The position numbers were made by a program, and so were the translations under genes. DNA of 64,000 nucleotides from Spirochaetia bacterium (GTDB taxonomy: Bacteria; Spirochaetota; Spirochaetia; SZUA-6; Bin103). The stretch lies in contig OZ241907.1 in the NCBI GenBank assembly GCA_965203515.1, forward strand, positions 96,001-160,000. Direction: 5' to 3'. Shown here one piece after another: positions 1-10,345 of the stretch. Positions within the stretch are counted from its first letter, which is position 1, and every line of letters starts with the position of its first letter. The notes under the pieces were generated by a model. It saw only the letters and a program-made list of their open reading frames with translations. It ran no database searches and had not been told where the DNA came from.

Positions 1-1
1 G

Positions 2-1018
2 GCGCAAGAACTCGACGTCAACAACCTGCGGTACCCGGACGTCCTGCTTCACCTTGCCGGCAAGCTCATGGCACAACTCGCTCGCGACGATGTTCCTGTT
101 GAACAGGTATATTTGCGCAAGCTCCAGGACTGGTTTGAGGAGCGCGTCGAGAAGACGGAACATACCAAAGCCTTCGCGCTGGATGCGAGGGCGGGCGTCA
201 ACGCCACTATCGGGCTCCCTTTCCTGGCCGGTATATTCGCTCGGATAAGCACTGCATTCAAGACGAATACAACCTATAAGACCGAACTGAGAAGTACACT
301 GCAGAACCACTTCACTGATTTTTCTGACGGATTCAATCAACTCATCACCGCCGCCGAAGCCGGTATAGGACGCCGCCGTATACTGTTCATGATCGACGGT
401 ACCGACCGTCTCAGCGGCGATGACGCGCACTCATTCTTTGTCGCGGACGTACATCAGTTGCAATATGTGCATGGCGTTTTCGTGTATTGCGCGCCGGTCC
501 ATCTGGCTTACGAGAGCAATGACATCAGGCAGAACTTCACCAAGATTTTCCGATTGCCGATGATCAAAGTTGCGAACGACGACGGTTCTCGGCATGGTGA
601 AGGGTATGCGGCGATGCTGGAGATGCTGCATCGCCGCGCGGCTCCCGAGCTGTTCGATAGCGGCGTCGCCGACCTCTTGATCGAGCATAGCGGCGGTCAC
701 CCGCGTGATCTGCTGCAACTCTTGTTGAAAGCGCACTCGCATGCCGAGCACGACCGTTTCGACGATGCGTCAGCTCGTCAAGCGGTGCGTGAGCTGGCGA
801 CCGACTACCGGCGCATCCTGACGGAGGATGATTATCAACTTCTGGCAAGGATCGACGCCGCCCGCCAAGCACCGCCAAGTTCCGAGCGCGTTCGCGGGTT
901 GCTCTACAACCTGGCGCTGTTGGAGTACAACGACTTCTATTGGCGCAGTCATCCGGTTATCCGTACCACGCCGGGATACGTGACGGCGCAACAAGACATC
1001 ACCGATGCCGATGGGTGA
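2..1018 (+). CDS. P-loop/AAA-type ATP-binding protein (5' end truncated by window edge)
   Basis: Frame is open from position 2 (AQELDVNNLRYPDVLL...) into ORF 68..1018. Walker-B-like ILFMIDGTDRL, SGGHPRDLL and C-terminal LLYNLALLEYN..W..HP are typical of ATPases encoded upstream of TPR proteins. Walker A lies outside the window. Confidence 0.7.
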   Translation, partial: AQELDVNNLRYPDVLLHLAGKLMAQLARDDVPVEQVYLRKLQDWFEERVEKTEHTKAFALDARAGVNATIGLPFLAGIFARISTAFKTNTTYKTELRSTLQNHFTDFSDGFNQLITAAEAGIGRRRILFMIDGTDRLSGDDAHSFFVADVHQLQYVHGVFVYCAPVHLAYESNDIRQNFTKIFRLPMIKVANDDGSRHGEGYAAMLEMLHRRAAPELFDSGVADLLIEHSGGHPRDLLQLLLKAHSHAEHDRFDDASARQAVRELATDYRRILTEDDYQLLARIDAARQAPPSSERVRGLLYNLALLEYNDFYWRSHPVIRTTPGYVTAQQDITDADG

Positions 1019-3023
1019 AGCCGGTACCGCATGGCCGCTCCGTTCGGAACATTCCGGCGCGCTGCTGCGGCTGCGCCGGCTGGTAGCGAACAGGCGGTCG
1101 TTTACCCTCTGCTTCCTGCCCTATTCCGACAGCGCCTATCGCGACATCGCGGCTGCCTTTCTGGCTGAACTGCTGGGGGCGCGGCTGCACGTGGCCATAG
1201 ATCGCGATAATCGGATCGGCACCGAAGACCTGTTCGAACGCCTGAGCGACCAGGCGCACGACGGTCCGGTACAGCTCAGCGGCCTGGAACGGTGGCCGGA
1301 TGGTCTGGACAACCTGTTGCAGCGGTTGAACTATCGCCGGGAAGCGCTGGCTGCGCGTTGCCGGCGTCCCGTGTTGGCGTGGATTCGGAACCGCGACGTG
1401 ACTGCGGTGGCGACCGGCGCTGCGGATCTCTGGGCGTGGCGTTCCGGGGTGTTCGACTTCACGCTGCCGGCATCCGCCGATCGTGTCGATCCGCTGCCAA
1501 CGAGGCTCGACCTTCCTTCGGCGAATGAACCCGCGCGCCGAGATCGTCTGGATGAGTTGCAGCGATTTCTCCGGACACGCTCGCCATTGCGACCGGTGGA
1601 CGTCGACTTGTTGCTTGAGCTCGGTGACTTGCAGCGATCCATCGGCCAACCGGAGGAGGCGGAGCGCTCCTACTCGCGTGCCCTGACGGCTTTGGAAGGC
1701 ATGGACGACCGCCGGCGTCGAGCCATCGCTCGGGGTCGAATCGCCAACCTCCTGGAGGATCGCGGCGCACTGAACGAGGCGTTGCGCATCCGCACTGACG
1801 AGGAAATTCCCGTCTACGAACGTCTGGGAGACGTACGGTCGCTGGCCATCGCCAGGGGCAGGATCGCCAATATCCGGCAAACTCGCGGCGAACTGGACGA
1901 GGCGTTGCGCATCCGTACCGAAGAACAACTGCCGGTGTTCGAACGCCTGAGAGATATGCGCTTGCTGGCCATCACCAAGAGTCAGATCGCCGACATCCTG
2001 CAATTGCGCGGCAACCTGGACGAGGCACTGCGCATCCACGCCGAAGAACAACTGCCGGTGTTCGAACGCCTGGAGGACGCGCACTCCGCAGCCATCACCA
2101 AAGGCCAGATCGCCGACATCCTGCAATTGCGCGGCGAACTGGACGAAGCGCTGCGCATCCGCACCGAAGAACAACTGCCGGTGTTCAAGCGTATAGGTGA
2201 CGTGCACTTGATGGCCATTACCCAGGGCCGGATCGCTGACATCCTGCAATTGCGCGACGAACTGGATGAGGCACTCCGCATCCGCACCGAAGAGGAACTT
2301 CCCGTCTACGAACATCTGGGGGACGTGCGCTCCGCAGCCATCACCAGGGGCCGGATCGCCGACATCTTGCAAATGCGCGGTAATCTGGACGAGGCACTCC
2401 GCATCCGCACCAAAGAGGAACTTCCCGTCTACGAACGTCTGGGCGATAGGCGCTTGCTGGCCATCACCAAGGGTGAAGTCGCCGACATCCTGCAAATGCG
2501 TGGTGAACTGGACGAGGCATTCCGCATCCGTACCGAAGAACAACTGCCGGTGCTCAAACACCTGGGGGACGTGCACGCGCTGGCCATCACCAAGGGTAAG
2601 ATCGCCGACATCCTGCAAGCGCGCGGTGAGCTGGACGAGGCGCTGCGCATCCGTACCGAAGAACAACTGCCGGTGCTCAAACACCTGGGGGACGTGCACG
2701 CGCTGGCCATCACCAAGGGTAAGATCGCCGACATCCTGCAAGCGCGCGGCGAACTGGACGAGGCGCTGCGCATCCGCACCGAAGAACAACTGCCGGTGTT
2801 CGAACGCCTGGGGGACGTGCGCTTGGCGGCGATCGCCAAGGGTCAGATCGCCGATATCCTGCAAGTGCGCGGCGAACTGGACGAGGCGCTGCGCATTCGT
2901 ACCGATGAGGAGATTCCCGTCTACGAGCGCCTGGGAGACCAGCAGTCGCTGGCCGCGGCCACGTCGCAGATCGCGCAACTTCGGCAGGCGCTCTCACGAA
3001 CGTCATCACCGTCGCGAGGCTAG
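1005..3023 (+). CDS. Tetratricopeptide-like repeat protein with N-terminal degenerate NTPase-like domain
   Basis: N-terminus has LNYRRE...DLWAWRSGVFDF, followed by ten 41-aa helical repeats (AITKGxIADILQxRGELDEALRIRTEEQLPVFERLG). Overlaps the ATPase stop codon. Confidence 0.85.
   Translation: MPMGEAGTAWPLRSEHSGALLRLRRLVANRRSFTLCFLPYSDSAYRDIAAAFLAELLGARLHVAIDRDNRIGTEDLFERLSDQAHDGPVQLSGLERWPDGLDNLLQRLNYRREALAARCRRPVLAWIRNRDVTAVATGAADLWAWRSGVFDFTLPASADRVDPLPTRLDLPSANEPARRDRLDELQRFLRTRSPLRPVDVDLLLELGDLQRSIGQPEEAERSYSRALTALEGMDDRRRRAIARGRIANLLEDRGALNEALRIRTDEEIPVYERLGDVRSLAIARGRIANIRQTRGELDEALRIRTEEQLPVFERLRDMRLLAITKSQIADILQLRGNLDEALRIHAEEQLPVFERLEDAHSAAITKGQIADILQLRGELDEALRIRTEEQLPVFKRIGDVHLMAITQGRIADILQLRDELDEALRIRTEEELPVYEHLGDVRSAAITRGRIADILQMRGNLDEALRIRTKEELPVYERLGDRRLLAITKGEVADILQMRGELDEAFRIRTEEQLPVLKHLGDVHALAITKGKIADILQARGELDEALRIRTEEQLPVLKHLGDVHALAITKGKIADILQARGELDEALRIRTEEQLPVFERLGDVRLAAIAKGQIADILQVRGELDEALRIRTDEEIPVYERLGDQQSLAAATSQIAQLRQALSRTSSPSRG
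1705..2940 (+). repeat. Intragenic tandem repeat, about 10 x 123 bp
   Basis: GACGTGCACGCGC recurs at 2568 and 2691 (period 123). Units 8 and 9 are nearly identical at DNA level. Confidence 0.9.
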
Positions 3024-3111
3024 CGGCATGAGTCGGCCGCGGTGGCCCCCGCCGCTTGTCCCCGGTGCGGCCGGTGGCATACACTCGCTCTCGCTCAGGA
3101 GAGGTCGAGCG

Positions 3112-3402
3112 ATGGCAACGCGGCACACGGCACAGCCCAGGCAGCGCCTGATGTACGTCCACGCGCAGACGCCCGACATCCTGTCCCCGATCCTGGACCT
3201 GACCGTCTACGAGCCGGTGCCCGGCTTCTCGGTCGAGCTGGATGCCGATCCGCCGGCGTGGCCGTACCGGTCGGTCCACGACGCGGTGTGCGACGGCTGG
3301 CAGATCGTGCAGTTCCCGCTGCACCAGGCACCCTTTGACGACGACGACCTCGACGTGATCGGCTACGAGTTCGTCCTGCAGAAGATGGAGGTGATCGAAT
3401 GA
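3112..3402 (+). CDS. Hypothetical protein (96 aa)
   Basis: AGGAGAGG ribosome-binding site before ATG 3112 (MATRHTAQPRQRLMYVHA...DGWQIVQFP...YEFVLQKMEVIE). ATGA overlap with the next gene. Confidence 0.7.
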   Translation: MATRHTAQPRQRLMYVHAQTPDILSPILDLTVYEPVPGFSVELDADPPAWPYRSVHDAVCDGWQIVQFPLHQAPFDDDDLDVIGYEFVLQKMEVIE

Positions 3403-4199
3403 GCGCCCCTGCAGCCGCGCCGCCGGCGCTGCTGGACGATCGCGCCGTGGTCGACTTCATCGTCCGCGGCTATCTCCTGCTGCAGCTCGACCTGCCGCCC
3501 GGCGTCGACGCACGGATCGCCGCCGCCCTGGACGGCATGCGGAGCAACCCCGGCGACGCCATCACCGACGCGCTCCCGGAGCTCCATCGCGTGCTGAACC
3601 ATCCGCTCGTGCACGGCGCGCTGACCAGCCTGGCCGGCAAGGGCTACCGGGTGATGGAGCATCGCCACTGGCACTGCAAGGAGCCGGGCAGCCGGTCCAT
3701 GCACTGGCACCAGGACGGCAAGAACCGGCGCGGCGGCGGCCTGGACCGGTTCCTGGGGCTCTACTATCCGGCCGACGTCACCGCCGACATGGGGCCGACC
3801 ATCGTCGTCCCCGGCACCCACTTCCGCAACGCGCCGACCGACCGCATGCGCACCTACACCAACATCCGCGGCCAGGTGCCGCTGGTGGTCAAGGCCGGGA
3901 CCTTCGCGCTCACCCACTACGACCTCTGGCACGGCACGGCAGCCAACCGCTCGCCGCGGCGCCGGCACATGATCAAGTTCCTCTTCAACCGCACGCGGCG
4001 CAATGCGCGGCCGACCTGGAACCACGACCCGGACGCGATGAGCGGCCTGCAGGACTGGGACCGGCGCGCCGGGTCGGGACGGCCGCTCGACCTGTTGCGG
4101 TTCACCAACCCGCTCAACGTCTCGCAGACCGACCATTACAAAGAGGTCGCAAAGCGCAGCGCCGTCTGGGCGGACCTCACGGGAGGGGAGGCGCCGTGA
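3399..4199 (+). CDS. Phytanoyl-CoA dioxygenase (PhyH) family Fe(II)/2OG oxygenase
   Basis: WHQD, GPTIVVPGTH and LWHG...N...RR motifs. Confidence 0.85.
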   Translation: MSAPAAAPPALLDDRAVVDFIVRGYLLLQLDLPPGVDARIAAALDGMRSNPGDAITDALPELHRVLNHPLVHGALTSLAGKGYRVMEHRHWHCKEPGSRSMHWHQDGKNRRGGGLDRFLGLYYPADVTADMGPTIVVPGTHFRNAPTDRMRTYTNIRGQVPLVVKAGTFALTHYDLWHGTAANRSPRRRHMIKFLFNRTRRNARPTWNHDPDAMSGLQDWDRRAGSGRPLDLLRFTNPLNVSQTDHYKEVAKRSAVWADLTGGEAP

Positions 4200-5386
4200 C
4201 CGGCGGCGGCGTTCGCGCCGGGCGCCTGCTGGCGGCGGCCGCAGCCGGCGCGGCGCTCGCCTGCGCCGGGATGGGCGTAGGGCTGCTGATCGTCCGCGGC
4301 GGAGCGGGCGCCTCGGCAACGGCCCGCGTGGCGCAACCGCCGGCGCCGTCCGCTCCCGCGCAGCCGGTGCAGTGGACGGAATCGATCGTGAGCGGGCGCT
4401 ACTACTCGCCCGACGAGCGCAACAGCATCGCCATCTTCGACGCCCTCAACGAAGCGGTGGTCAACGTCGCCGCCGTCGGCAGCTCGTTCTCCCGGTTCCG
4501 TCTCCGGTCGGACAGCGGATCGGGCGTGGTCATCGACGCCGACGGCCACGTGCTGACCAGCCACCACGTGATCAGGAACGCGGCGCGGCTGACGGTCACG
4601 CTCTGGGACGACAGCGAACACGACGCCCAGGTGGTCGGAACCGATCCGGAAAACGACTTGGCGGTGATCCGCTTCGAACCGGGCGACCTGCCGCTGACGG
4701 TCATACCGTTCGGAGACTCGACCGATCTGCTCGTGGGCCAGAAGGTGCTGGCGATCGGCAACCCGTTCGGCCAGGATCGTTCGCTGACCACCGGCATCGT
4801 CTCCGGCCTCGGCCGGCCGGTGCAGACCGATGAGGGGCGCATCATCCAGGAGATGATCCAGACCGACGCCTCGATCAATCCGGGCAACTCCGGCGGACCG
4901 CTGCTGGACGCGAACGGCCGCATGATCGGCATCAACACGATGATCTTTTCCCCCACCGGCGTGTCGACCGGTGTCGGCTTCGCCGTACCGGTCGCCACCG
5001 CTCGCCGCGTGTTGCCCGAACTGATCGAGCACGGCACGGTGCGGCGCGGCTGGATCGACGCGCATCTCGTGGCGGTCACCGCCCGCTTGGCGCGGCAGCT
5101 TGGGTTGTCTCGTCGCGACGGGATGCTGGTCTCCACGGTACGGTCCGGCTCCGCCGCGGACCAGGCCGGCCTGCGTGGTGGCACGCGCCAGTTTCGGTGG
5201 GGCCATACGCTGCTCTACGCCGGCGGCGACATCGTCGTCGAGATCGACGGCCAGCGGATCGACCAATTCCACGACCTGATGGCCGCACTGGAGGACAACA
5301 AGCCGGGCGAGGAGGTATTGGTAGTGGTGGAACGCGGCGACCGCCTCCTGGAGCTGTCGGTGACGCTGAGCGAACGGCCGCGGTGA
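4196..5386 (+). CDS. HtrA/DegP-like trypsin serine protease with PDZ domain
   Basis: GSGVVI..LTSHHV, DLAVI, IQTDASINPGNSGGPL, C-terminal PDZ (GDIVVEIDG), N-terminal TM helix. Confidence 0.92.
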   Translation: MTGGGVRAGRLLAAAAAGAALACAGMGVGLLIVRGGAGASATARVAQPPAPSAPAQPVQWTESIVSGRYYSPDERNSIAIFDALNEAVVNVAAVGSSFSRFRLRSDSGSGVVIDADGHVLTSHHVIRNAARLTVTLWDDSEHDAQVVGTDPENDLAVIRFEPGDLPLTVIPFGDSTDLLVGQKVLAIGNPFGQDRSLTTGIVSGLGRPVQTDEGRIIQEMIQTDASINPGNSGGPLLDANGRMIGINTMIFSPTGVSTGVGFAVPVATARRVLPELIEHGTVRRGWIDAHLVAVTARLARQLGLSRRDGMLVSTVRSGSAADQAGLRGGTRQFRWGHTLLYAGGDIVVEIDGQRIDQFHDLMAALEDNKPGEEVLVVVERGDRLLELSVTLSERPR

Positions 5387-7452
5387 ATCGGTTCGCCGTC
5401 CACGCGCCGTTCCAGCCGGCCGGCGATCAGCGGCACGCCACCGAAGCGATCGTCGCGGGGCTGGCCGGCGACCGGCGGTTTCACACCCTGAAGGGGGTCA
5501 CCGGATCGGGCAAGACCTTCACCATGGCCAAGATCGTGGAGGCCTGCCAACGGCCCACGCTGGTGCTGTCGCACAACAAGACGCTGGCCGCGCAGCTCTT
5601 TCGCGAGTTCAAGGACTTCTTTCCCGACAACGCGGTGGAGTACTTCGTCTCCTACTACGACTACTACCAGCCGGAGGCGTACGTCGCCTCGCGCGACCTC
5701 TACATAGAGAAGGACGCCTCGATCAACGACGAGATCGAGCGCATGCGCCTGTCGGCGACCACCTCGCTGGTCGAGCGGCGCGATACGATCGTGGTGGCGA
5801 CCGTGTCGTGCATCTACGGCCTGGGCAGTCCGCGCGACTTTCGTGAGATGCGCCTGCAGGTGCGGCTCGGCGACACCCTCGACCTGCGAACGTTGCTGCG
5901 CGGTCTGGTGGCGGTGCAGTACGAGCGCAACGACGCCGTGCTCGACCGCTCCACCTTCCGCGTGCGCGGCGACGTGCTGGAGATATTCCCCTCCTACTCG
6001 GAGGAGGCGGTCCGCATCGAGTTCTTCGGCGATCAGGTGGAGCGGATCCGCCGCATTGATCCGCTGAACGGCACCGCTCTGGCCGATCTGGACTACTGCG
6101 CCATCTATCCGGCCAAGCACTTCGTCACCCCGCAGGAGCGCATCCGCGCCGCCGCCGCCGCCATCCGTGAGGAGCTCAAGGATCGGCTGGCCGAGCTGCG
6201 CGCCGCCGACCGCATGGTGGAGGCGCAGCGCCTGCAGACCCGCACCGAGTATGACCTGGAGATGCTGCAGGAGATGGGCTACTGTCCCGGCATCGAGAAC
6301 TACTCGCGGCACCTGAGCGGCCGTGAGCCGGGCGAGCGTCCGGGGGTCCTGATCGACTTCCTGCCGGAGGGCTTTCTGACGATCGTCGACGAGTCGCACG
6401 TCACCCTGCCGCAGCTCCGCGGCATGTTCGAGGGCGACCGCTCGCGCAAGCAGGCGCTGGTGGAGCACGGCTTCCGCCTGCCGTCGGCGCTCGACAACCG
6501 CCCCCTGACCTATGACGAGTTCGAGGCTCTGGTCGGCCGCGTGCTGTTCGTCTCCGCCACCCCGGGGCCGCAGGAGCTGGCGTTGTCCGACCGCGTGGCC
6601 GAGCAGATCATCCGCCCCACCGGTCTGCTCGATCCGCAGATCCACGTCCGGCCGAGCGAAGGCCAGATCGACGACCTGTATGGTGAGATCCGCGCCCGGG
6701 TCGAAGCCGGCGAGCGCTGTCTGGTCACCACCCTCACCAAGCGCATGTCGGAGGACCTGTCGTCCTATCTGGCCGAGATCGGACTGCGCGTGCGGTACCT
6801 CCATTCCGAGATCGAGACCGTCGAGCGCGTGGAGCTCCTGCGCGACCTGCGGGCCGGCGAGTACGACGTCCTGGTCGGCGTCAACCTGCTGCGCGAAGGG
6901 CTCGACCTGCCCGAGGTGTCGCTGATCGCCATCCTGGACTCCGACAAGATCGGCTTTCTGCGCTCGGCGACGTCGCTGATCCAGATCATCGGCCGCGCCG
7001 CGCGCCACGTGAACGGCACCGTGTTGATGTACGCCGATGCCGAGTCGGAGGCGATGCGAGAGGCGATCGCCGAGACCGAGCGCCGCCGCGCGATTCAGAT
7101 GGAGCACAACCGCCGCCACGGCATCACGCCGACCAGCGTCAGGAAGGAGATACAGCAGCTCCTGATCCGCAAGGCGGACGAGAAGCGCGACGCCGAGGAG
7201 CGCGAACTGCGGATACGCCGCGGCGAGTACGACGTGCAGGCGCCGGAGCAGCGCGCCGAGCTGATCAGGACACTGGAGCGGGAGATGCTGGAGCTGGCCG
7301 AGGCGCTGGAGTTCGAGCGCGCGGCGGTCCTGCGCGACGAGATCGAGCGCCTCAAGGAAGACGCCGGGGCGGCTTCCGACTCCACCCCCGGCCCCGCCCC
7401 CTCCGGGGCCGGGAACGGCCGGAGCGGACGGCGCCGCCGGGCGCGCCGGTGA
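5383..7452 (+). CDS. uvrB: Excinuclease ABC subunit B
   Basis: [48 protein letters not shown] and UVR tail. GTG start at 5383 overlaps the protease stop. Confidence 0.97.
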   Translation: MNRFAVHAPFQPAGDQRHATEAIVAGLAGDRRFHTLKGVTGSGKTFTMAKIVEACQRPTLVLSHNKTLAAQLFREFKDFFPDNAVEYFVSYYDYYQPEAYVASRDLYIEKDASINDEIERMRLSATTSLVERRDTIVVATVSCIYGLGSPRDFREMRLQVRLGDTLDLRTLLRGLVAVQYERNDAVLDRSTFRVRGDVLEIFPSYSEEAVRIEFFGDQVERIRRIDPLNGTALADLDYCAIYPAKHFVTPQERIRAAAAAIREELKDRLAELRAADRMVEAQRLQTRTEYDLEMLQEMGYCPGIENYSRHLSGREPGERPGVLIDFLPEGFLTIVDESHVTLPQLRGMFEGDRSRKQALVEHGFRLPSALDNRPLTYDEFEALVGRVLFVSATPGPQELALSDRVAEQIIRPTGLLDPQIHVRPSEGQIDDLYGEIRARVEAGERCLVTTLTKRMSEDLSSYLAEIGLRVRYLHSEIETVERVELLRDLRAGEYDVLVGVNLLREGLDLPEVSLIAILDSDKIGFLRSATSLIQIIGRAARHVNGTVLMYADAESEAMREAIAETERRRAIQMEHNRRHGITPTSVRKEIQQLLIRKADEKRDAEERELRIRRGEYDVQAPEQRAELIRTLEREMLELAEALEFERAAVLRDEIERLKEDAGAASDSTPGPAPSGAGNGRSGRRRRARR

Positions 7453-7817
7453 CGCGCCGTGCGCCGTGCGCGGCGGCGTTGTCCGCGGCCGTAACGATGG
7501 CCGTGACGATGGCGGCGTGCGAAGCGCCGAATATCCAGCCGGCGCTGGAGCTGCCGCCGACCCCGGTACTGGCGATGTCGACCCGCTGGGCGGTGGTCCA
7601 CGCCGCGGTCCTGCGCCTGCGCGACGAGCCGGCGTTGACCGGTGAGGTCCTGTCGTGGCTGCCGGAGGGCACCCGGGTCGAGGTGCTGATGCGGGCGCCG
7701 GACGCCGTGGAGATCGAAGGGCAGACCGATCACTGGTATCAGGTCAACCACAACGGCGTGCGCGGCTGGACGTTCGGCGCCTTCATCACCGAGGTGACCG
7801 CCGGAACCGATCCTTGA
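7449..7817 (+). CDS. SH3-domain (lipo)protein
   Basis: Signal ending MAAC, then LRLRDEP...V...WYQVNHNGVRGW.FG bacterial SH3 pattern. Confidence 0.75.
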   Translation: MTRRAPCAAALSAAVTMAVTMAACEAPNIQPALELPPTPVLAMSTRWAVVHAAVLRLRDEPALTGEVLSWLPEGTRVEVLMRAPDAVEIEGQTDHWYQVNHNGVRGWTFGAFITEVTAGTDP

Positions 7818-9376
7818 ACGTTCCGTTCGACGACCTCCTCGCCTGGCTCCGGGCCTGGGCGTTGCCGCCGCTCATGGGAGCCGTGATCGGCTATGCCACC
7901 AACTTCGTAGCCATCCGCATGCTGTTCAGGCCGTTGCGGCAGAAGCGGCTCCTCGGCATCCCGGTGCCGTTCACGCCGGGGGTGATCCCGCGCCAGCGGC
8001 GCCAGCTCGCGCGCAGCATAGCCGGGGTGGTCGCGCGTGAGCTGCTCACCGCGGACGCGATCCGCGCCCATCTGCAGCGTCCCGACTTCGCCGCGGTCCT
8101 GCGCGAGCGGCTCGCGTCGCTCACCGATGAGCTGCTCGGTACGCCGGTACGAAAGCTGGCGAGCGTGGTTCAGGACGCGCGGCCGCAGATCGAGCGCGGG
8201 GTGGCCGCGCTGCTGCGCCGGCTGTTCGGCTCGCACGGCTTCATCTACGCGCTGCGGGGACTGGTCGGCCGCGCGGTGGAGGCCGCCGGCAGCCGCACGC
8301 TGGGTGAGGTGGCCGAAGATCTCACGCTGTCGGCCTTCGTCCGGCGCCTCATGCCCCGGCTGTCCGATGCCGAGGTGGGGCGACGGATCGGCCGCGCGGT
8401 CAACGACGCCGCCGCGCGGCCGGGGGCGTCGCTGGGCGACCTGCTGTCGCCGGCCGTGGCCGAGCGCATCGCCGGCCTGCTGCCGGCGGTCGTGCCGCCG
8501 CTGATGCGCGAGCTGATCGGCTGGCTGCGGCGGCCCGCCCTGCGCGGGGAGCTGGAGGTGCGCGGGCAGCTCCTGCTGCGCAACGCGCTCGACCGGCTCA
8601 ATCCGATGCAGAAGCTGTTCGTCGGCGCGGCCCAGTACGACCGCACGCTGCGCGAACGCATGCCGGAGATCGTCGATGACGGGTTGCGCCAACTGGAGGA
8701 GACCGCCGGCGACCCGGAGGTGGTCGAGCGTATGCAGGAAGCGCTGCGCGAGTGGCTCGACGCAGCCCGCGAACGGCCGCTGGCGGACCTGTTGCCCGAT
8801 TCGACCGAGCAACGCGTCGCCGATCTCTGGGGCCCCCTGGCGGCGGGGCCGCTCACCGTGATGGTCGACACCGTGGTGCGGCGGTTCCTGGAGGAGCACG
8901 GCGAGACGCCGGTCGCGGAGCTTGCCGCGCGCTACCTGGGCGTGTCGGTGAGCGACACGGTCGACGAGGTCTCGCAGCGGCTGCTGCGCTATCTCTCTGA
9001 CGAACGGACGGCGCGGTCGGTGGCATCGCAGGTGGCCGCCGCCATCGATCGGCTGGCCGAGTCGGGCGACCTTACCCTTGCGGAGCTGCTCGCCGTCGAC
9101 GACCGCGCCAAGGCCGCGCTGGACGGCGCGGTCGCCGACCGGGCCGAGCGGGTGCTCGTGCAGCAGGTCCCGGCCATGGTGGCCGCGCTCGACGTGGAGC
9201 GGCTCGTGATCGACCGCATCGACCGCCTGGAGGTGCGTGACGTGGAGCGTATCCTGCTGACCGTGATCGCCCGCCATCTGAAGTGGATCAACCTGTTCGG
9301 AGCGCTGCTCGGGTCGCTGATCGGCATCTCGCAGTTGGCTCTGCGCGGCGCCGGAGCTGCCGGCGCGGGCCTCTGA
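7814..9376 (+). CDS. DUF445 family membrane protein
   Basis: GAVIGYATNFVAIRMLFRP...TPGVIP N-terminus and HLKWINLFGALLGSLIG C-terminus. Start (TTG 7814) is approximate. Confidence 0.85.
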   Translation: MNVPFDDLLAWLRAWALPPLMGAVIGYATNFVAIRMLFRPLRQKRLLGIPVPFTPGVIPRQRRQLARSIAGVVARELLTADAIRAHLQRPDFAAVLRERLASLTDELLGTPVRKLASVVQDARPQIERGVAALLRRLFGSHGFIYALRGLVGRAVEAAGSRTLGEVAEDLTLSAFVRRLMPRLSDAEVGRRIGRAVNDAAARPGASLGDLLSPAVAERIAGLLPAVVPPLMRELIGWLRRPALRGELEVRGQLLLRNALDRLNPMQKLFVGAAQYDRTLRERMPEIVDDGLRQLEETAGDPEVVERMQEALREWLDAARERPLADLLPDSTEQRVADLWGPLAAGPLTVMVDTVVRRFLEEHGETPVAELAARYLGVSVSDTVDEVSQRLLRYLSDERTARSVASQVAAAIDRLAESGDLTLAELLAVDDRAKAALDGAVADRAERVLVQQVPAMVAALDVERLVIDRIDRLEVRDVERILLTVIARHLKWINLFGALLGSLIGISQLALRGAGAAGAGL

Positions 9377-9388
9377 GCCGGTGTCGCG

Positions 9389-10320
9389 CTACTGCCCGGC
9401 GACCACGGCGGCGCGCGCGCGGATCCAGTCCGCCATGGCCGCCAGTCGGTTGCGCAGCGAGGCTTCCACCAGGTCCTCCAGGAACGGCACCTCCGGCGCC
9501 TGCGCGGCCACCAGTCCGTACAGCGCCAGCGGCTCGACGCCAGCGGCAGGATCGCCGGCAGCGGGATCGCCGGCAGCAGGATCGCCGGCAGCAGGATCGC
9601 CGGCAGCGGGATCGCCGGCAGCAGGATCGCCGGCAACGGGATCGCCGGCAACGGGATCGCCGGCAACGGGATCGCCGGGGTCGGCCGTTGCGGCCGCGGA
9701 CCGGCCGCCGGGGGTGATCAACAGCGCGATCAGCAACCGTCCGGGATCGATCAGCGGAAAGACCAGCAGGCTGAGGTCGAGCAGGTTGCTGACGATGAGC
9801 AGGATGGCGTCGTCCGCGGTGCGGTACTCGAGCCGGAACGGCGTGCTGCCGAACCGGGCGTCGTCCACGAGCGCGTATGCGACGTCATGGCCGTCGGGCG
9901 ACGGAGTCGGGTCCGCGATGGCGGCGCCGCTGCCGTCGATGGCGTGCGCGGTGTTGAACAGGACGCGCTCATCCCCGTGCCAGACCGAGAAGTATCGGAT
10001 ACCCTCCAGGGTGCTGATCGCGTGCAATGCGCCGTACAGGTCGGCGGTGGCGGCGCCGTGCAGCCGGATCTCGCCGCGGGTCTCGAACGCATGGCTCGGC
10101 ATCAGGGCGGAGAACCGTTCGTGCACCTCCCGTCCGAGCGCGGTGTCGGCCGGCATGCAGGCCAGGCCGTCGGCCACGCGCTGTACGGCCGGGAGCTCGC
10201 GTCCGTCGCCGGCCGCGCGCCCGGACGGCCGGCATGCCGGCGTCGCCTCCGCCCCGATCACGGCCGGCAGGAGGAGGACCGCCAGGAGCAGGAACGGCGC
10301 CGCCGCCTGCAGCGCGTATG
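9389..10320 (-). CDS. Exported protein, probably DUF6675-like, with an AGDP(A/V) repeat insertion; start uncertain
   Basis: C-terminal third of ORF 9389..12697: signal-like FLLLAVLLLPAVIG, ISTLEGIRYFS, DARFG, SLRNRLAAMADW. The rest of that long ORF is antisense shadow. Confidence 0.6.
9544..9678. repeat. 15-bp tandem repeat, 9 copies (GGATCGCCGGCARCR)
   Basis: GATCGCCGG at 9550, 9565, ... 9670. Confidence 0.92.
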
Positions 10321-10345
10321 GCGCGCGGCGGCGCGGGGGTCGGCG

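Noticed and set aside
999..2978. 659-aa minus-strand ORF and 378-aa alternative-frame ORF over the TPR gene
   Set aside because: Shadows of a repetitive high-GC coding region. Only the last 96 codons of 2266..3402 look like a real gene.
9544..9678. Possible CRISPR array
   Set aside because: Head-to-tail 15-bp units with no spacers and no cas genes; it is a coding VNTR. The same applies to the 12-bp Rpn repeats and the 123-bp TPR repeats.
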